DNA of 64,000 bases from Eledone cirrhosa (Eukaryota), in the NCBI GenBank assembly GCA_964016885.1, contig OZ024745.1, positions 19,964,001-20,028,000 on the forward strand, read 5' to 3'. The translations under genes and the position numbers were made by a program. Of this stretch, positions 28,960-42,405 are shown in pieces. The notes beneath the pieces are model-generated. The model saw only the letters and a list, made by a program, of their open reading frames with translations, searched no databases and was not told the DNA's origin. Positions within the stretch are counted from its first letter, which is position 1. Every line of letters begins with the position of its first letter.

Positions 28960-31487
28960 GTGTGTGTGTTACATATATCCTGGATGTAGTTTTATATAAA
29001 TTCTATATATCCTGAAGGTAGTTTTATAATCAATTTTTATTAGTTTTGTATACATAGATACTTTTAAATCTTGGATAACAGATTCTTAACACCATCAGTT
29101 GAATCTAACTACATGGTCAGCCTTACTGTGTAGAATACTTCTTTTAAAAATATTTTATATAAATAGTTGTTACAAGCAACATGTCATGTATGTTTTCGTT
29201 ACCTTTGAAATATGAAAGACCACCAACTGCAGTAAATGAAAGAGCTATTCACAGTCAATATTACATTTCTGTTTGTTTATTTATCAGTAGTGATTTATTA
29301 TTTATTTATTTATTGCAAAACTATTTGTCATTATTGATCATCATTTGTTGTCTTTGTCATCAGTCTTTCCCTACTGGTTTAGACAGATAGTTTTTATATG
29401 GATTTATGGCCCTGTTGGTTGGGAAGGAAGACCATGTTTCACTTGTCTGTTTCATGCTTAAAAATAACTGCAGCATCAGCAAAATAGATCTTGATGTTGG
29501 GAGAACCCTTTAGTTATGTCAAGGACATGGCACTCTCCCTAGTGCTGGTGATCTACATGATAAACACACCCAGTACATGCTGTAAAGTGGTTGGTGTTGG
29601 GAAGGGCATCCAGCTGCAGAAATCTTGCCAAACAAGGGCTTAGGAGGATCCTTTAGTTCATGTAAAAAGACATGACTTCTCTTGAGCACTTGAAGCAGGT
29701 AAAAGCTTGTACAAAAGGCGTTGGATCTGTCGTTGACATCCCGTTTTACTTCCTAAAGAATTTATATTGGTCACTTGATTTGATACAAAATGTTAAGTCA
29801 TCCAAGTTGTTTATATTATTCAAATATCCTAGCTACAACAGATAAACAGTTTATTACTCTCGATAGAGTGTGTAGCTTATAAAATAGGGTGAAGACCATT
29901 AAAAGACGGAAAAAGAGGTTGCCATTGGTCACTATATTTTAGTTTCACCCTTTTCACAATCAACTGAACTTTTTCCTGAGCTGGAGACCTTAACAAATTG
30001 ATATTATTAGTATGCTACTATTGACGCTTTCTCATTTTTCCAAACCTATCAACTATTGATTAATCTAGTATGGTTAAATGGTTAGCAGTTTGTCTGGTAA
30101 TCATGTGACTGAGGGTTTCATCCCACTTTGGTGGCATTTTTGGCAAGAGTCTTTTATTATGGCCTATTTTTAACCTATGCTTTATGAGTGAAATTGGTTA
30201 AACTATAACTGTTTGGAAGCTCATTAGATGGTCTCTACCTGTAATTTGATGAAAAAAATACCAGTCTAGTACTGGGGCTGATTCCTTTATATCTTCTATA
30301 TCTCTATCTCTCTTTCTCTCTCCGTCTCTGGAAGAAATTTGTTCTATTCTGATCTGGAGAGGGATGGTCTCTGCCAGGCTTAAAATGCCCAAGAAATGCT
30401 CTGTCACTACAGCACCCCGACTCCCTCAGGAGTTACGGGACCATGCATGCACTTGTAATTTGAATGTCTAGCTTTGTCACACACACTGAATCTCCCCGAG
30501 AATTATGTTAAAGATATGTTTATTCAATACACAGTGACATGCATATTAATTTAATGAGTGGGCTGTTCTGTTGATTGAACAGAGCTGTAACAGTCATCAT
30601 CAAAAATTGTTCAAGTTCCATTAATTTTGACTTTATCTTATGTTAGAAGAAAGAGTTGTTTACTCAGTGTTTGATAATTTGTAATCTAATATATTCTTTA
30701 ATTCAATTATAGAATAGTGTTTTATGATTCATTGGTTGAAAGGTAGATAGATTGCTTTAATAAAGGAAATTTATTAGGATATGGCTTTTTGAGTCATGCT
30801 CGATAAACTGGCTTTTATATTTGAAGTCGGTAAATTGAAGTCAACAACTTAATGATTTAATAATTCTTGGGATCAAACATCTTCGTAAATTGCAAATTAG
30901 GTTTGAAATACAATGAAAATAGTTCAGTGCTATTTGTTAGTTTGAATTAGCTATTTTAGCTAGGATAAGGACAGGAGCTTTCTAGATATAGCTAAAGATA
31001 GAGAAACTATTTGTTGGTATTGTGAATATTTTTTTTAGTTGTGATTCATCCTTAAGGAGTAGGTTAGTACTGCAATTGTATTCTGTAAATGAGTAATATT
31101 TAGCCCAACCCAGATAAAAATGCCATCTAATTTAGGGCCTACAATTTTTGGATAATAATTTCTTCACATTTCTGATAACTATTTACACTGTGATAATTAT
31201 TTACCCTCTAAGTTATGCAAAATTAGGTAGACTGTGTAAAGTATGAAACACCAGTTTACACTTAATGAGTTGGAAAGAAAAACATGATTATTAGTTTTTG
31301 TAACATGAACTATTAATATTAATATATGATACATCTTTGTGTAAGAAAAAATATATTTTAATATGTTTGAAAAATGTATTAGATAACCTGGAAAATTATA
31401 GAAATATGATTCACATGTCTAGTGCCTTGTTAAAAGAAATTGTTCATTTATTTTTCCGTGGTTATTGAATATAATTCATTTATTTAA

Positions 31488-31725
31488 CCCTTTCATTACT
31501 GTATTTCTGATAAAAAACACTGTGTTTCAATATATTTTGAAAATAACCAAATATTTAGAGGAATTTAATGAAATAACTTAAGTTTTTTTATTAGTAGATA
31601 ATTAATTTAGAAATATTTATGAAATAAAATTATGACGAATGGTTTTAATATAAGGATAAAACATTTTAAAATGAACAGTTTTGTATCATCAATTGAGACT
31701 GGTTTCAGTTTGGCATTAAAAGAGT
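31488..31725. mobile_element. Second, older TTAA-type MITE family
   Basis: TTAA|CCCTTTCATTAC...AAAAGAG|TTAA; related sequence near 14993, 32220-32410 and 56080-56500. Confidence 0.6.
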
Positions 31726-32045
31726 TAACATAGTTTGGATATGGAGTGAAATGGTCTCTAGATAAATATCTAAAAATCTTTGTTTTGTTAAGATGAATTT
31801 TTAAAACCCTTGATAACAATAATAGGAACATTTTCAGTTCTAGTATAAAGGAAAATATGTAAGTATAGATAAACAGATAAACTATTCTATTTTTTTTTCA
31901 TAATTTTAAATTCAGTCAAAAGATTTACTGATATGTTTGAGATATTTTACATTTACTGCATGGGAACTGTATTTTCAACTCCAGCACAATAATTTAAAAC
32001 TTTCATGGCCGCATTTCTAATGAAATACGCTCTATTTTAATTAAT

Positions 32046-32212
32046 TAATTGTTTCTACTTTTGGCACAAGGCCAGCAATTACCCAGTGTATTACTGGTAC
32101 TTTATTTTATCGACCCCATAAGGATGAAAGGCAAAGTTAACCTCGGCGGGATTTGAACTCAGAATGGCAAGGGCCATAAATAACTCTATGCATCAAAGCA
32201 TGGCGTCTGACC
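32046..32212 (-). mobile_element. tRNA-derived SINE family A
   Basis: Reverse complement of the 18633-type sequence. Confidence 0.85.
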
Positions 32213-33465
32213 ATTTTAATTAATTAATGAAGAATTTTGAGGAATTTACTAAAATTATTAATTATTTCCTTACTTAGATAGTAACTTAATGTAAGGTTCT
32301 TATATGAAATTATGTTGGAAGATTTTAATTTAAATTGGAAACCTTTAAAATGGATGGCCTTATTTCATTGAACCAGAGCTGGTTTTGGCCAAGTTGGTAA
32401 CTAAAGAGTTAATAAGAGCTTTAAAATTCTCATTCTACTGACAAGAATTTGCAAGAAATAGAGGTCGTTCTCATTTTCTTTTCTTTTGAAGTTTAAAAGT
32501 TATTGGTTGAACTTTACATCCATTTATTTGTGACTTTTTGATAAAAGTCTCAGTTAACTTTACTTGCATTTTAAAATATTATTATTTTTTTTTTTATTAA
32601 TTGAAAGAATTTGAGACAAAGTTTAGAAGGAATAGAAAAAGGAGTTTGTAGAGAACTAGAAATTAGAGCGTTTGTAGAAAGATAAACAAGTAGAATGTTG
32701 GTAAATCACCTCCAGTGCTGAGAGAATGAGATATGCAAATTATTAGTATGAATACTGAATAAATAATTTTAATAGAATAAGGAGATATTTTCCCCAATAG
32801 AGTTGGTTGATCAGTAATATTGGGTAAAGCAACTAACTATGTAAGAGAAAGACAAAAGACTTTTAGATATACCATATATACTTGAATATAAGTTGACCCT
32901 TATTTTATGCCTGAGAAATGATAAAAAATCCCAACCCCATTTATAAGCTGAGGCAGCTAATCAACACATTGTTTAGATGGCGTATATGAACCAAATTCCC
33001 TCCATTTTCCCCTCAATTTTTTTTTGGGGTCACATATTCCACAGCTTATATTCCAGTAAATATGGTAGTTATTATCATGGTGACTAGATTGCCTGGTGGT
33101 GTGTGGATCTTACTTCAGTATTTCAGTGTGATGCCTTTTTTTCTGATGCCCCTGGTTGTAAAGTATCAAGCATTGCGAAGTTAAGCTAGAGATGAATTGT
33201 CTACTATAAAACTCTGATTCAATCTGAGATGTGGAAGTAAAGATTGTTGTTATTGTATATTTGCTGTGACAATCAAGTGCTGTTCTATGATAAGACCCAA
33301 TAACATTATCATACATTTCTTGACCTTGCAAAGGCTGTTGACTGAGTTCTGAATACAGAGGTGTATGTTATGTTACAGATATGTTCAGTTTAGGCAAACA
33401 TGATAATTAAGGCTAAATGAAACATTTTGAGCAAACAGAGATTTGTTTACAACACGTGAACACGT

Positions 33466-33542
<77 letters not shown>

Positions 33543-36080
33543 AACTTAATCAACCTGTGCTGATGAAAATGAACAAGCACATGTTGATCAAACATGGCAA
33601 ATGAAAGTATAAACCATAATATATATCATCATCATCATTGTTTAACATCCATCTTTCACGCTAGCATGGGTAATATATATTACCAAAAAAGCTTTTTCTT
33701 TGTAAGTACATTATCATCATCATAATCACCATTTAACGTCAATTTTCCATGCTAGCATGGGTTAGACGGGTTGTCCTGTTGTGAGACATGTCAGATTAGA
33801 TGACCATGTCTTACTCACACAGAACTCTTTCTGGCTTGGTTTCTAAGGTTGGATGCCCTTCTTAACACCAACCACATTTACAGTGTGAACTGGGTGCCTT
33901 TTATCATGGCACCAAAATGACCACTTTACAGTGTGGACTGAGCTCTTTTTCAAACTTTATGTAGAATTTGAAGTTGGTGAAAATTGTCAAAATATTGACC
34001 CTTGAATATAAGTTGACTCCATTGATTTTTTTGGTTACATATTCCTTGGTATATATTCTAGTATATACGGTAATCCTTTTCATGTGTTGTATTTAATATT
34101 ATTATCAATAAAATACAAAGGGCAATATGAGTAGACCCCTTCTTATTCCACTCTCGTCTATTTAACATGTTATGTAGAGAATATTGTAGAGCAAGTAGTA
34201 AACCAAAGATTGTGGTATGGTTTCAATCACTAGTTGAAATCATTTCCCCTTATTTAGGTTGATTATGTTGTTAGGAAAAAGCATAAATATCAGGGAAATA
34301 TTTTTTCTTCTAAAATATGGGCATTTTGTACCTTGTTGAATAGAAAGTAATATCAGTTTTTTAGAATTTGTCTCATTTGGGGATTTTTATCTGGTTTAAA
34401 ATAGTCCTATGTATCCTTGTATATTGTAAGAAGTGACTAAAATAATGTCAGGAAGAGCAACCCATGCCAGTGGGGAAAAGTTATCATAAAAATGATGATG
34501 ATCGTGATGATGATGATGATGCTTTAATGTAAACTAAAGATGTTTTATGTGGTGACATAGCATACATTTTAATAGAGATCCAATATTTTAATGTTGCAAT
34601 AATAACTATCCAGAATATGTAGGAAATAAAATTTATGCTATTTGCTTTCCATACTTAGTTTAGAATAACTTTCTAAGCCTGGATCACAAAATATCTTGTG
34701 ACAACTTAAAGGAGGAAATAAGTCTTAAAGATTAAAGTCAGAATCTTTTTATTCTTTACTCATCTAGCCTTAGAAAGATTTCACTAAGCCATTCTTATTA
34801 TCGTAAAATTAAAACATTTTGTGATTACTTTAGATTTGTTAAGCAACTGGGGCAATCCTGCTGTAAAATACACTCTATTGTACATTCTATTGTATATTCT
34901 AATAACTGCTATTACTTCAATTATTTATTTTGCTTTGTCAATACTGTTAGATCTTCAGAGTCTAATCTCAAATAAACCTTCATTGTTTGCAACTTAAATA
35001 TAGCTAACTGAATAGTTAATGTTGGAATCTTGACTTGTATTACATTCTGTCATTGAGCAAGGAAGTCGACTTACGTTATTAATCTACTGTACTTTTTACC
35101 CAAAATAACATATAAAAAAATCTTCCCTGCATCCAATATGTCCATATCATTGATGGGAGGCTGAATGGGATGTGTGGATAATCATGGTTAAAAATATTTA
35201 GTTTGTATTACTATTGGTATTACTGATACAGTAATACAACACAATTTATATAAGCAAAATGATGAACGTATATGAGTTTCTGAAAAAACAATGAAATAAT
35301 TTTTTTATGAAGAAATGAACTAAAATTCTTTTTTCTCAGAATGTCCTTGTAAAACCAGGGTGTGTCTTATATGAAAGTTGCAAGTTTTGATACCTGGACT
35401 AGGTGGCATGTTGTGTCCTTAAGAAGCAAGGTACTTTATTTCACATTGCTCCAGTGGCAAAAATGAGTTGTACCTGTAGTTGAAGGGGCCAGCCTTGTTA
35501 CACATTGTGACATGCTGAATCTCCCTGAGAACTATGTTAACGGTGCATGTGTCTGAGGAATGTTCAGCCACTTAGAAATTTATTTCACAAGCTGGCAGTT
35601 CTGTTGATTGAATCAACTGTTGTTAGAAATGATGGAGGACCAGCTAACTACAATAAATATTTGATGTTTGAGACCAGGAAAACCATGTGAAATATCTACT
35701 CTAATTAGATGAAAAACTGCACACACAAATATTGTTTACTTATATGAATTTCAGATTGATAGACAATATATTGTCATATACTATGAACATACAGTCTTCT
35801 AATTCAGAACCTGTCATACTGTCCACACTTATGCACTGAATATTATTTCACATTTTTTCTTTCAGCTAGGTTAGCCCAAAAGTTTTACTTCCCACTGCTT
35901 GATATTTTTTCTTGCTAATCTCCTTCCAGGAGTGTTACTTTGTTCTATTGGTCTTATTCAATAACTATCTCTATAAAATGTTGTAACAATCCTGTTATAT
36001 TTTTGGTAATAGATAATAATTGTTTCTACTTTTGGAGATAATAATGATTGCTGTTTTAACACAATATCTTTTATTTTTAG

Positions 36081-36150
36081 GAACCAATGAAATCACGAGC
36101 TCCACAATTACATTTGGAATATAGGTTTTACAAACAGCTTGGTCAAGCAG
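36081..36150 (+). CDS. CSNK1G: Casein kinase 1 gamma (gilgamesh), internal 70-bp coding exon
   Basis: TTTTTAG acceptor and GTAAAT donor; translates [23 protein letters not shown], joining in phase 0 to the VAIKL exon. Confidence 0.96.
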
Positions 36151-36286
36151 GTAAATACTTCAAACTTTTTTATCTATGATTTCAGTTATTCAATATCTAT
36201 TATATGAATAACAACACACACACACACACACACACACATGGATAACACCACACACGTTTTTTTTTAAATTATTTATTTTGGAAATA

Positions 36287-37391
36287 CAGTGAAACCTTGG
36301 TTCACAAAGTTAATTTGTTTCTGAAGGCCGTTCGTCAACCGAAATGTTTGTAAACCGAAACTATTTTTCCCATACAAAATGTTGAGAGAGAAATACAGTG
36401 AGAGATAGAGACTATGTGTGAAAGATAGATAGATATCACCATAGTAACTAACTACACAGCAAGCGACACTTTCTCGCTGATACTCCCAGCTTGTCGGCAA
36501 TCATTGTTGCCAGCTTGCGTGTTAATTACTCGAGACATTGTTCATCACCCTCAGATGTTTTATGTTTGGAAAAATTGTCTGAACAGATTTATTCATGACA
36601 AAAGGTGTTCATGAACTGATTTGTTCATGACGAGAGGTGTTCATGAACCAATTTATTCACAACAAAAGGTATTCATGAACCAATTTATTCACGACAAAAG
36701 GTATTCATGAACCAATTTATTCACGACAAAAGGTGTTCATGAACCAATTTATTCACGACAAAAGGTATTCATGAACCAATTTATTCACGACAAAAGGTAT
36801 TCATGAACCAATTTATTCACGACAAAAGGTATTCATGAACCAATTTATTCACGACAAAAGGTATTCATGAACCAATTTATTCACGACAAAAGGTGTTCAT
36901 GAACCAATTTATTCACGACAAAAGGTATTCATGAACCAATTTATTCACGACAAAAGGTATTCATGAACCAATTTATTCACGACAAAAGGTGTTCATGAAC
37001 CAATTTATTCACGACAAAAGGTATTCATGAACCAATTTATTCACGACAAAAGGTATTCATGAACCAATTTATTCACAACAAAAGGTGTTCGTGAACTGAT
37101 TTATTCACAACAAAAGGTGTTCGTGAACTGATTTATTCACAACAAAAGGTATTCCGATTTGTTCATGACGAGAGGTGTTCATGAACTGATTTGTTCATGA
37201 CGAGAGGTGTTCATGAACCGATTTGTTCATGACGAGAGGTGTTCATGAACTGATTTGTTCATGACGAGAGGTGTTCATGAACTGATTTGTTCATGACGAG
37301 AGGTGTTCATGAACTGATTTGTTCATGACGAGAGGTGTTCATGAACTGATTTGTTCATGACGAGAGGTGTTCGTGAATCGAGATTCCACTG
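36287..37391. mobile_element. Tigger/pogo-like MITE containing an expanded 32-bp tandem array (about 36585-37380)
   Basis: TA|CAGTGAAACCTTGGTTCAC...GTGAATCGAGATTCCACTG|TA; unit AAAAGGTATTCATGAACCAATTTATTCACGAC. Confidence 0.8.
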
Positions 37392-37929
37392 TATAATGTT
37401 TATTCTTGCTCTCCTTTTATCTACTGTCTAATCCAAAGATTGCAAGACAATAGTGGGTGTAGTTGAAGTGGAGAAGAGATAGAAATAAGTAAAATGTGAT
37501 CAAATAGCCTTAAGTGATAAATGGTATGAATACAAAAATTGGTAATTTTGTACATAGTCCTGTCAGAGAAAACAATTACAAATGTAATTTAAGATAAACT
37601 TGAAACAAAATAAGAAGTACCAAACCAAACACCATTGACATAGATCAAAATAGAATTTTACTTATTTGTCTGTACCGTTTATTATCACTTTATTGATATT
37701 TTTTTTTTCCTTTTTATTCCTTTGGCTATATTGTTATCAGTCTAGTTGCAACACATCATCTCATTCCAGCTTATTCTCCCTAAATTCTATTGTAACAATT
37801 ATTTTAGGCCAGTCTTAATGTTTTTCTTCTATTTTACTCATCTTAACCATATTTCAGGAGTTACTTTACATCTCTTCTCACCACTTTACACATACTCTCT
37901 GAATTTAGATCTCTATTATTGAAGAATAT

Positions 37930-38115
37930 AATAATTGTTTCTACATTAGGCACAAGGCCAGCAATTACCCAGTGCATTACTGGTACTTTATTTTATCGAC
38001 CCCGTAAGGATGAAAGGCAAAGTCAACCTCGGCGGGATTTGAACTCAGATCGTAAAGGGACGTAACTATGCTGGAAAGCAAGGCGTCTGACCCTCTACCG
38101 ATACTGCCAATCCAC
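37930..38115 (-). mobile_element. tRNA-derived SINE family A, full length
   Basis: Reverse complement of the 3168/18633-type sequence. Confidence 0.9.
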
Positions 38116-39414
38116 AATAATATATGATAAATGGTAATTGTTTACCTGTCTCAATTTCATTCATATAAATTTACCTTGGACACCATTTCAGTCTTTTAAA
38201 TATCGCCTATTTCGTTTTTCATTGCTATACAGCATCTTTTTTTATATATATATATATATTATTTACCATTCTTATAAATTGTCATTTATGTGAAATAGTT
38301 CTTTAAAACTCTGGTTTTCTACCAAATTGACTGTAATATAAGCTGAGGAATATGTGACGAAAAAATCGATTGTAAAATGGAGATCTGGCTTATATAGACC
38401 ATCTAGTGTGTTGATTAGCTGCCTTGATTTATAAATAGGGTTTGAATTTTTGCTTATTTCTCAAACATAAAATAGGGGGTGGGGAGTAGACTTATATTTG
38501 AGTATATATGGTTAATAGGACTTGGATTTTTTTAATTGTAAATTGCATCCGATTTTCTTCAATTGACTTTTAAAAACAACCAACATAAGAAAGTTAGTTA
38601 TACTACTAAGCCACCTCTCAATTCTTGTATATTTTCAAAATTACTTGAAACATGTAGGCATGCCTTTAATTATATTTATTGGTGTTACTCTTTACTCACA
38701 GTAATCACTACTTTTTTAGGAATTGCACAGTCCAGCAGTTTTAAAATAGAACTCTCAATTAAATCATGCCAAACCATTTTGCTGGTTTGAGAGCTGATGA
38801 GGGTGAAGATGTGTGTGTGAACTTGTCTTGTACATCACCTTTATTTCCAGTCATTTCTACTTGTCTTCCTCATCTCTCAATCTTTTCTATATTTCATCTG
38901 TCTGTACCCACCTCGTGGATTGTCTGTCTGCCAACCACTGGCCGCTGTCCTCTGTCATTTTGTCTGTCATTGACAGCATTTGGCTGTTTTAACAGTTCTA
39001 GCAATAAGTTTTCTCATTTCTCTATGAATTATTTAATGTAATTTCCATATTTAGGATGCTATAGTGAAATTTCAGTCAGATTTGGCTGCTATTTTTAGCA
39101 AACTGCAAGGCTTCGTCATTAGCAGGAAAATAATTTTGGTAATCACCAGATGTTGACTGCATTATCTTGTGTCCACTCTTCCTCCTTTGGAGAGTATTAT
39201 CAAGTTGAACAGAGCCAAATGGATAGTATTGCTCTCAGCTAAAGAAAGGTTTACACTGTAATAGAATTACAACCAAGGTAATCCCTCAAAACTTGGCAAT
39301 AATATGGTCTTGGAGAAATAACTTCCAGTTTATAAGATTCTCCATTATATCTTCAGAATGTAGAACAATTTGATTTTAAGAAGTTGCATTTGATCTTGTA
39401 TTTGAACATTGTTA

Positions 39415-39700
39415 GGTTAAAGTGTCTTGTTCCCTATAGAAGTAGGAGTTAGATATAGTGTCTTGTTCCCTATAGAAGTAGGGGTTAGATACAGTGTCTT
39501 GTTCCCTATAGAAGTAGGGATTAGACACAGTGTCTTGTTCTCTATAGAAGTAGGGGTTAGACACACTGTCTTGTTCTCTATAGAAGTAGGGATTAGATAC
39601 AATAGGAGTTAGACACAGTGTCTTGTTCCCTATAGAAGTAAGAGTTAGATACAGTAGGATGTTAGACATACTGTCTTGTTCCCTATAGGAGTTGGATACT
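39415..39700. repeat. 36-bp tandem repeat
   Basis: AGTGTCTTGTTCCCTATAGAAGTAGGGGTTAGATAC, about 7 copies. Confidence 0.9.
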
Positions 39701-40443
39701 GTCTGAAGACTTCCAACAGCTATAGAATGACCATTTCCTCATTAAATGCCCCTTCCATGTTCTTCATCATAAAAGGAGACCCCAAGTCAGAAGGGACAAA
39801 ATCTATCAGCTTTGGCTAGATAGTGATATAAAGAGCCTAGAAGCAACTTGTCTTTAGATCAGAGTAGGCTATCTACAATATGACTATGAAGAAAGTATAG
39901 TAACCACATGCAATCACTTTCACTATTTCAAAATAAAGGTGTAACTAAATGGCAATGGTACTGATTAGGTTATTAAAATCTTATATATTTTAGTGAAATA
40001 TTATTGCAACCTGCAATCCTTAAATCTTATGTATATATTCTTAGTGCAAAATGCAACCCTAAATCTTATATATATATTTTGTGACCTCTCATTGCAAGCT
40101 GCAACCCCCGAAATATTATTATAAGCTGAGTCTTCTGTAAGTTGTGGCTGCTGAATCTAGAGCAGAAGTAAGTTATGGAGAATTTAAGTTGTAGTGATCC
40201 AGTTAAGATTTAATGTAAGATTTGTGGAATTCATCTCATAAAAAAAACCTATCCTACCTTAGAAAGGATAAAAAAAAAAGAACTGATTAAAGTTAAGGAA
40301 AATATTTCTTGGAGAGATTATACTAGATTATCATCAGAAATCAAGTAAGAAACTTTTAATAAAAGCATCAAATGATTTATTTGATTTTTATCTAATTGCT
40401 AAGTTATCTGTTTTTCAAGTTTATCAGATAGCTGTTAATAATA

Positions 40444-40775
40444 TCATCATCATCGTTTTTATGTCTGTTTTTTCATTCTTGCATGAGTTGGATGGGTCCT
40501 TTTCAGCACAGCATCTCTCCACTTGTTGCATTCTTTTGTCATCTCCTCTCTGATTCTCAGTGACTTGACATCTGTGAATCTCACCATCCCCACCCAGGTC
40601 TTCCTTGGTCTACCTCTGTGTGGCTTCCTTTCACTGGGATTTCCTAGTACATCTTCACCGGGCGATCACCATCCATTTGCATCACATGCCCGTACCAACG
40701 CAGTCTCCTCTCTTGGATTCCTATTAAGCCCAGTTTCTCCCTCAGTTCATCCAGGCTCTGCCTCTCTCTCACACT
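40444..40775 (-). mobile_element. Old RTE LINE 3' end, related to the 46449 family
   Basis: Minus strand ERRLRWYGHVM...GRPRKTW remnant plus (GAT)n tail. Confidence 0.75.
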
Positions 40776-40844
40776 TATATTTATATCTGGTTAATAATAT
40801 CTTTAATCTGTCATAGATATTTTTATGTTGGGTTAGTTTCAATT

Positions 40845-42405
40845 GTATGGTCTAACAAGGTTAGTTTTATTTATATGGTCTAACAAGGTTAGTTTTATTT
40901 ATATGGTCTAACAAGGTTAGTTTTATTTATATGGTCTAACAAGGTTAGTTTTATTTGTATGGTCTACCAAGGTTAGTTTTATTTATATGGTCTAACAAGG
41001 TTAGTTTTATTTATATGGTCTAACAAGGTTAGTTTTATTTATATGGTCTAACAAGGTTAGTTTTATTTATATGGTCTAACAAGGTTAGTTTTATTTATAT
41101 GGTCTAACAAGGTTTGTTTTATTTATATGGTCTAACAAGGTTAGTTTTATTTATATGGTCTAACAAGGTTAGTTTTATTTGTATGGTCTAACAAGGTTAG
41201 TTTTATTTATATGGTCTAACAAGGTTAGTTTTATTTGTATGGTCTAACAGGGTTTTATTTATATGGTCTAACAGGGTTAGTTTTATTTGTATGGTCTAAC
41301 AGGGTTAGTTTTATTTATATGGTCTAACAAGGTTAGTTTTATTTATATGGTCTAACAAGGTTAGTTTTATTTATATGGTCTAACAAGGTTAGTTTTATTT
41401 GTATGGTCTAACAGGGTTAGTTTTATTTATATGGTCTAACAAGGTTAGTTTTATTTGTATGGTCTAACAGGGTTAGTTTTATTTATATGGTCTAACAAGG
41501 TTAGTTTTATTTGTATGGTCTAACAGGGTTAGTTTTTATATGGTCTAACAGGGTTAGTTTTATTTGTATGGTCTAACAGGGTTAGTTTTATTTGTATGGT
41601 CTAACAGGGTTAGTTTTATTTGTATGGTCTAACAGGGTTAGTTTTATTTGTATGGTCTAATAGGGTTAGTTTTATTTGTATGGTCTAATAGGGTTAGTTT
41701 TATTTATATGGTCTAACAAGGTTAGTTTTATTTGTATGGTCTAACAGGGTTAGTTTTATTTATATGGTCTAACAAGGTTAGTTTTATTTGTATGGTCTAA
41801 CAGGGTTAGTTTTATTTGTATGGTCTAACAGGGTTAGTTTTATTTATATGGGCTAACAAGGTTAGTTTTATTTATATGGTCTAACAAGGTTAGTTTTATT
41901 TGTATGGTCTAACAGAGTTAGTTTTATTTATATGGTCTAACAAGGTTAGTTTTATTTGTATGGTCTAACAGGGTTAGTTTTATTTATATGGTCTAACAGG
42001 GTTAGTTTTATTTATATGGTCTAACAAGGTTAGTTTTATTTGTATGGTCTAACAGGGTTAGTTTTATTTATATGGTCTAACAGGGTTAGTTTTATTTGTA
42101 TGGTCTAACAGGGTTAGTTTTATTTGTATGGTCTAACAGGGTTAGTTTTATTTGTATGGTCTAACAGGGTTAGTTTTATTTGTATGGTCTAATAGGGTTA
42201 GTTTGATTTGTATGGTCTAACAGGGTTAGTTTTATTTATATGGTCTAACAAGGTTAGTTTTATTTGTATGGTCTAACAGGGTTAGTTTTATTTATATGGT
42301 CTAACAAGGTAGTTTTATTTATATGGTCTAACAGGGTTAGTTTTATTTATATGGTCTATCTGGGTTAGTTTTATTTATATGGTCTAACAAGGTTAGTTTT
42401 ATTTA
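40845..42405. repeat. 28-bp minisatellite, resuming at 45064-45118 and 45335-45500
   Basis: TATGGTCTAACA[A/G]GGTTAGTTTTATTT[A/G], about 55 copies. Confidence 0.95.

Noticed and set aside
33558-33615. CTGATGA...GAAAG near a (CA)n tract
   Set aside because: No stem I and no properly placed stem II.
40845-42405. AGGGTTAG telomere-like motif in the 28-bp unit
   Set aside because: A single partial motif per unit, not a (TTAGGG)n tract.
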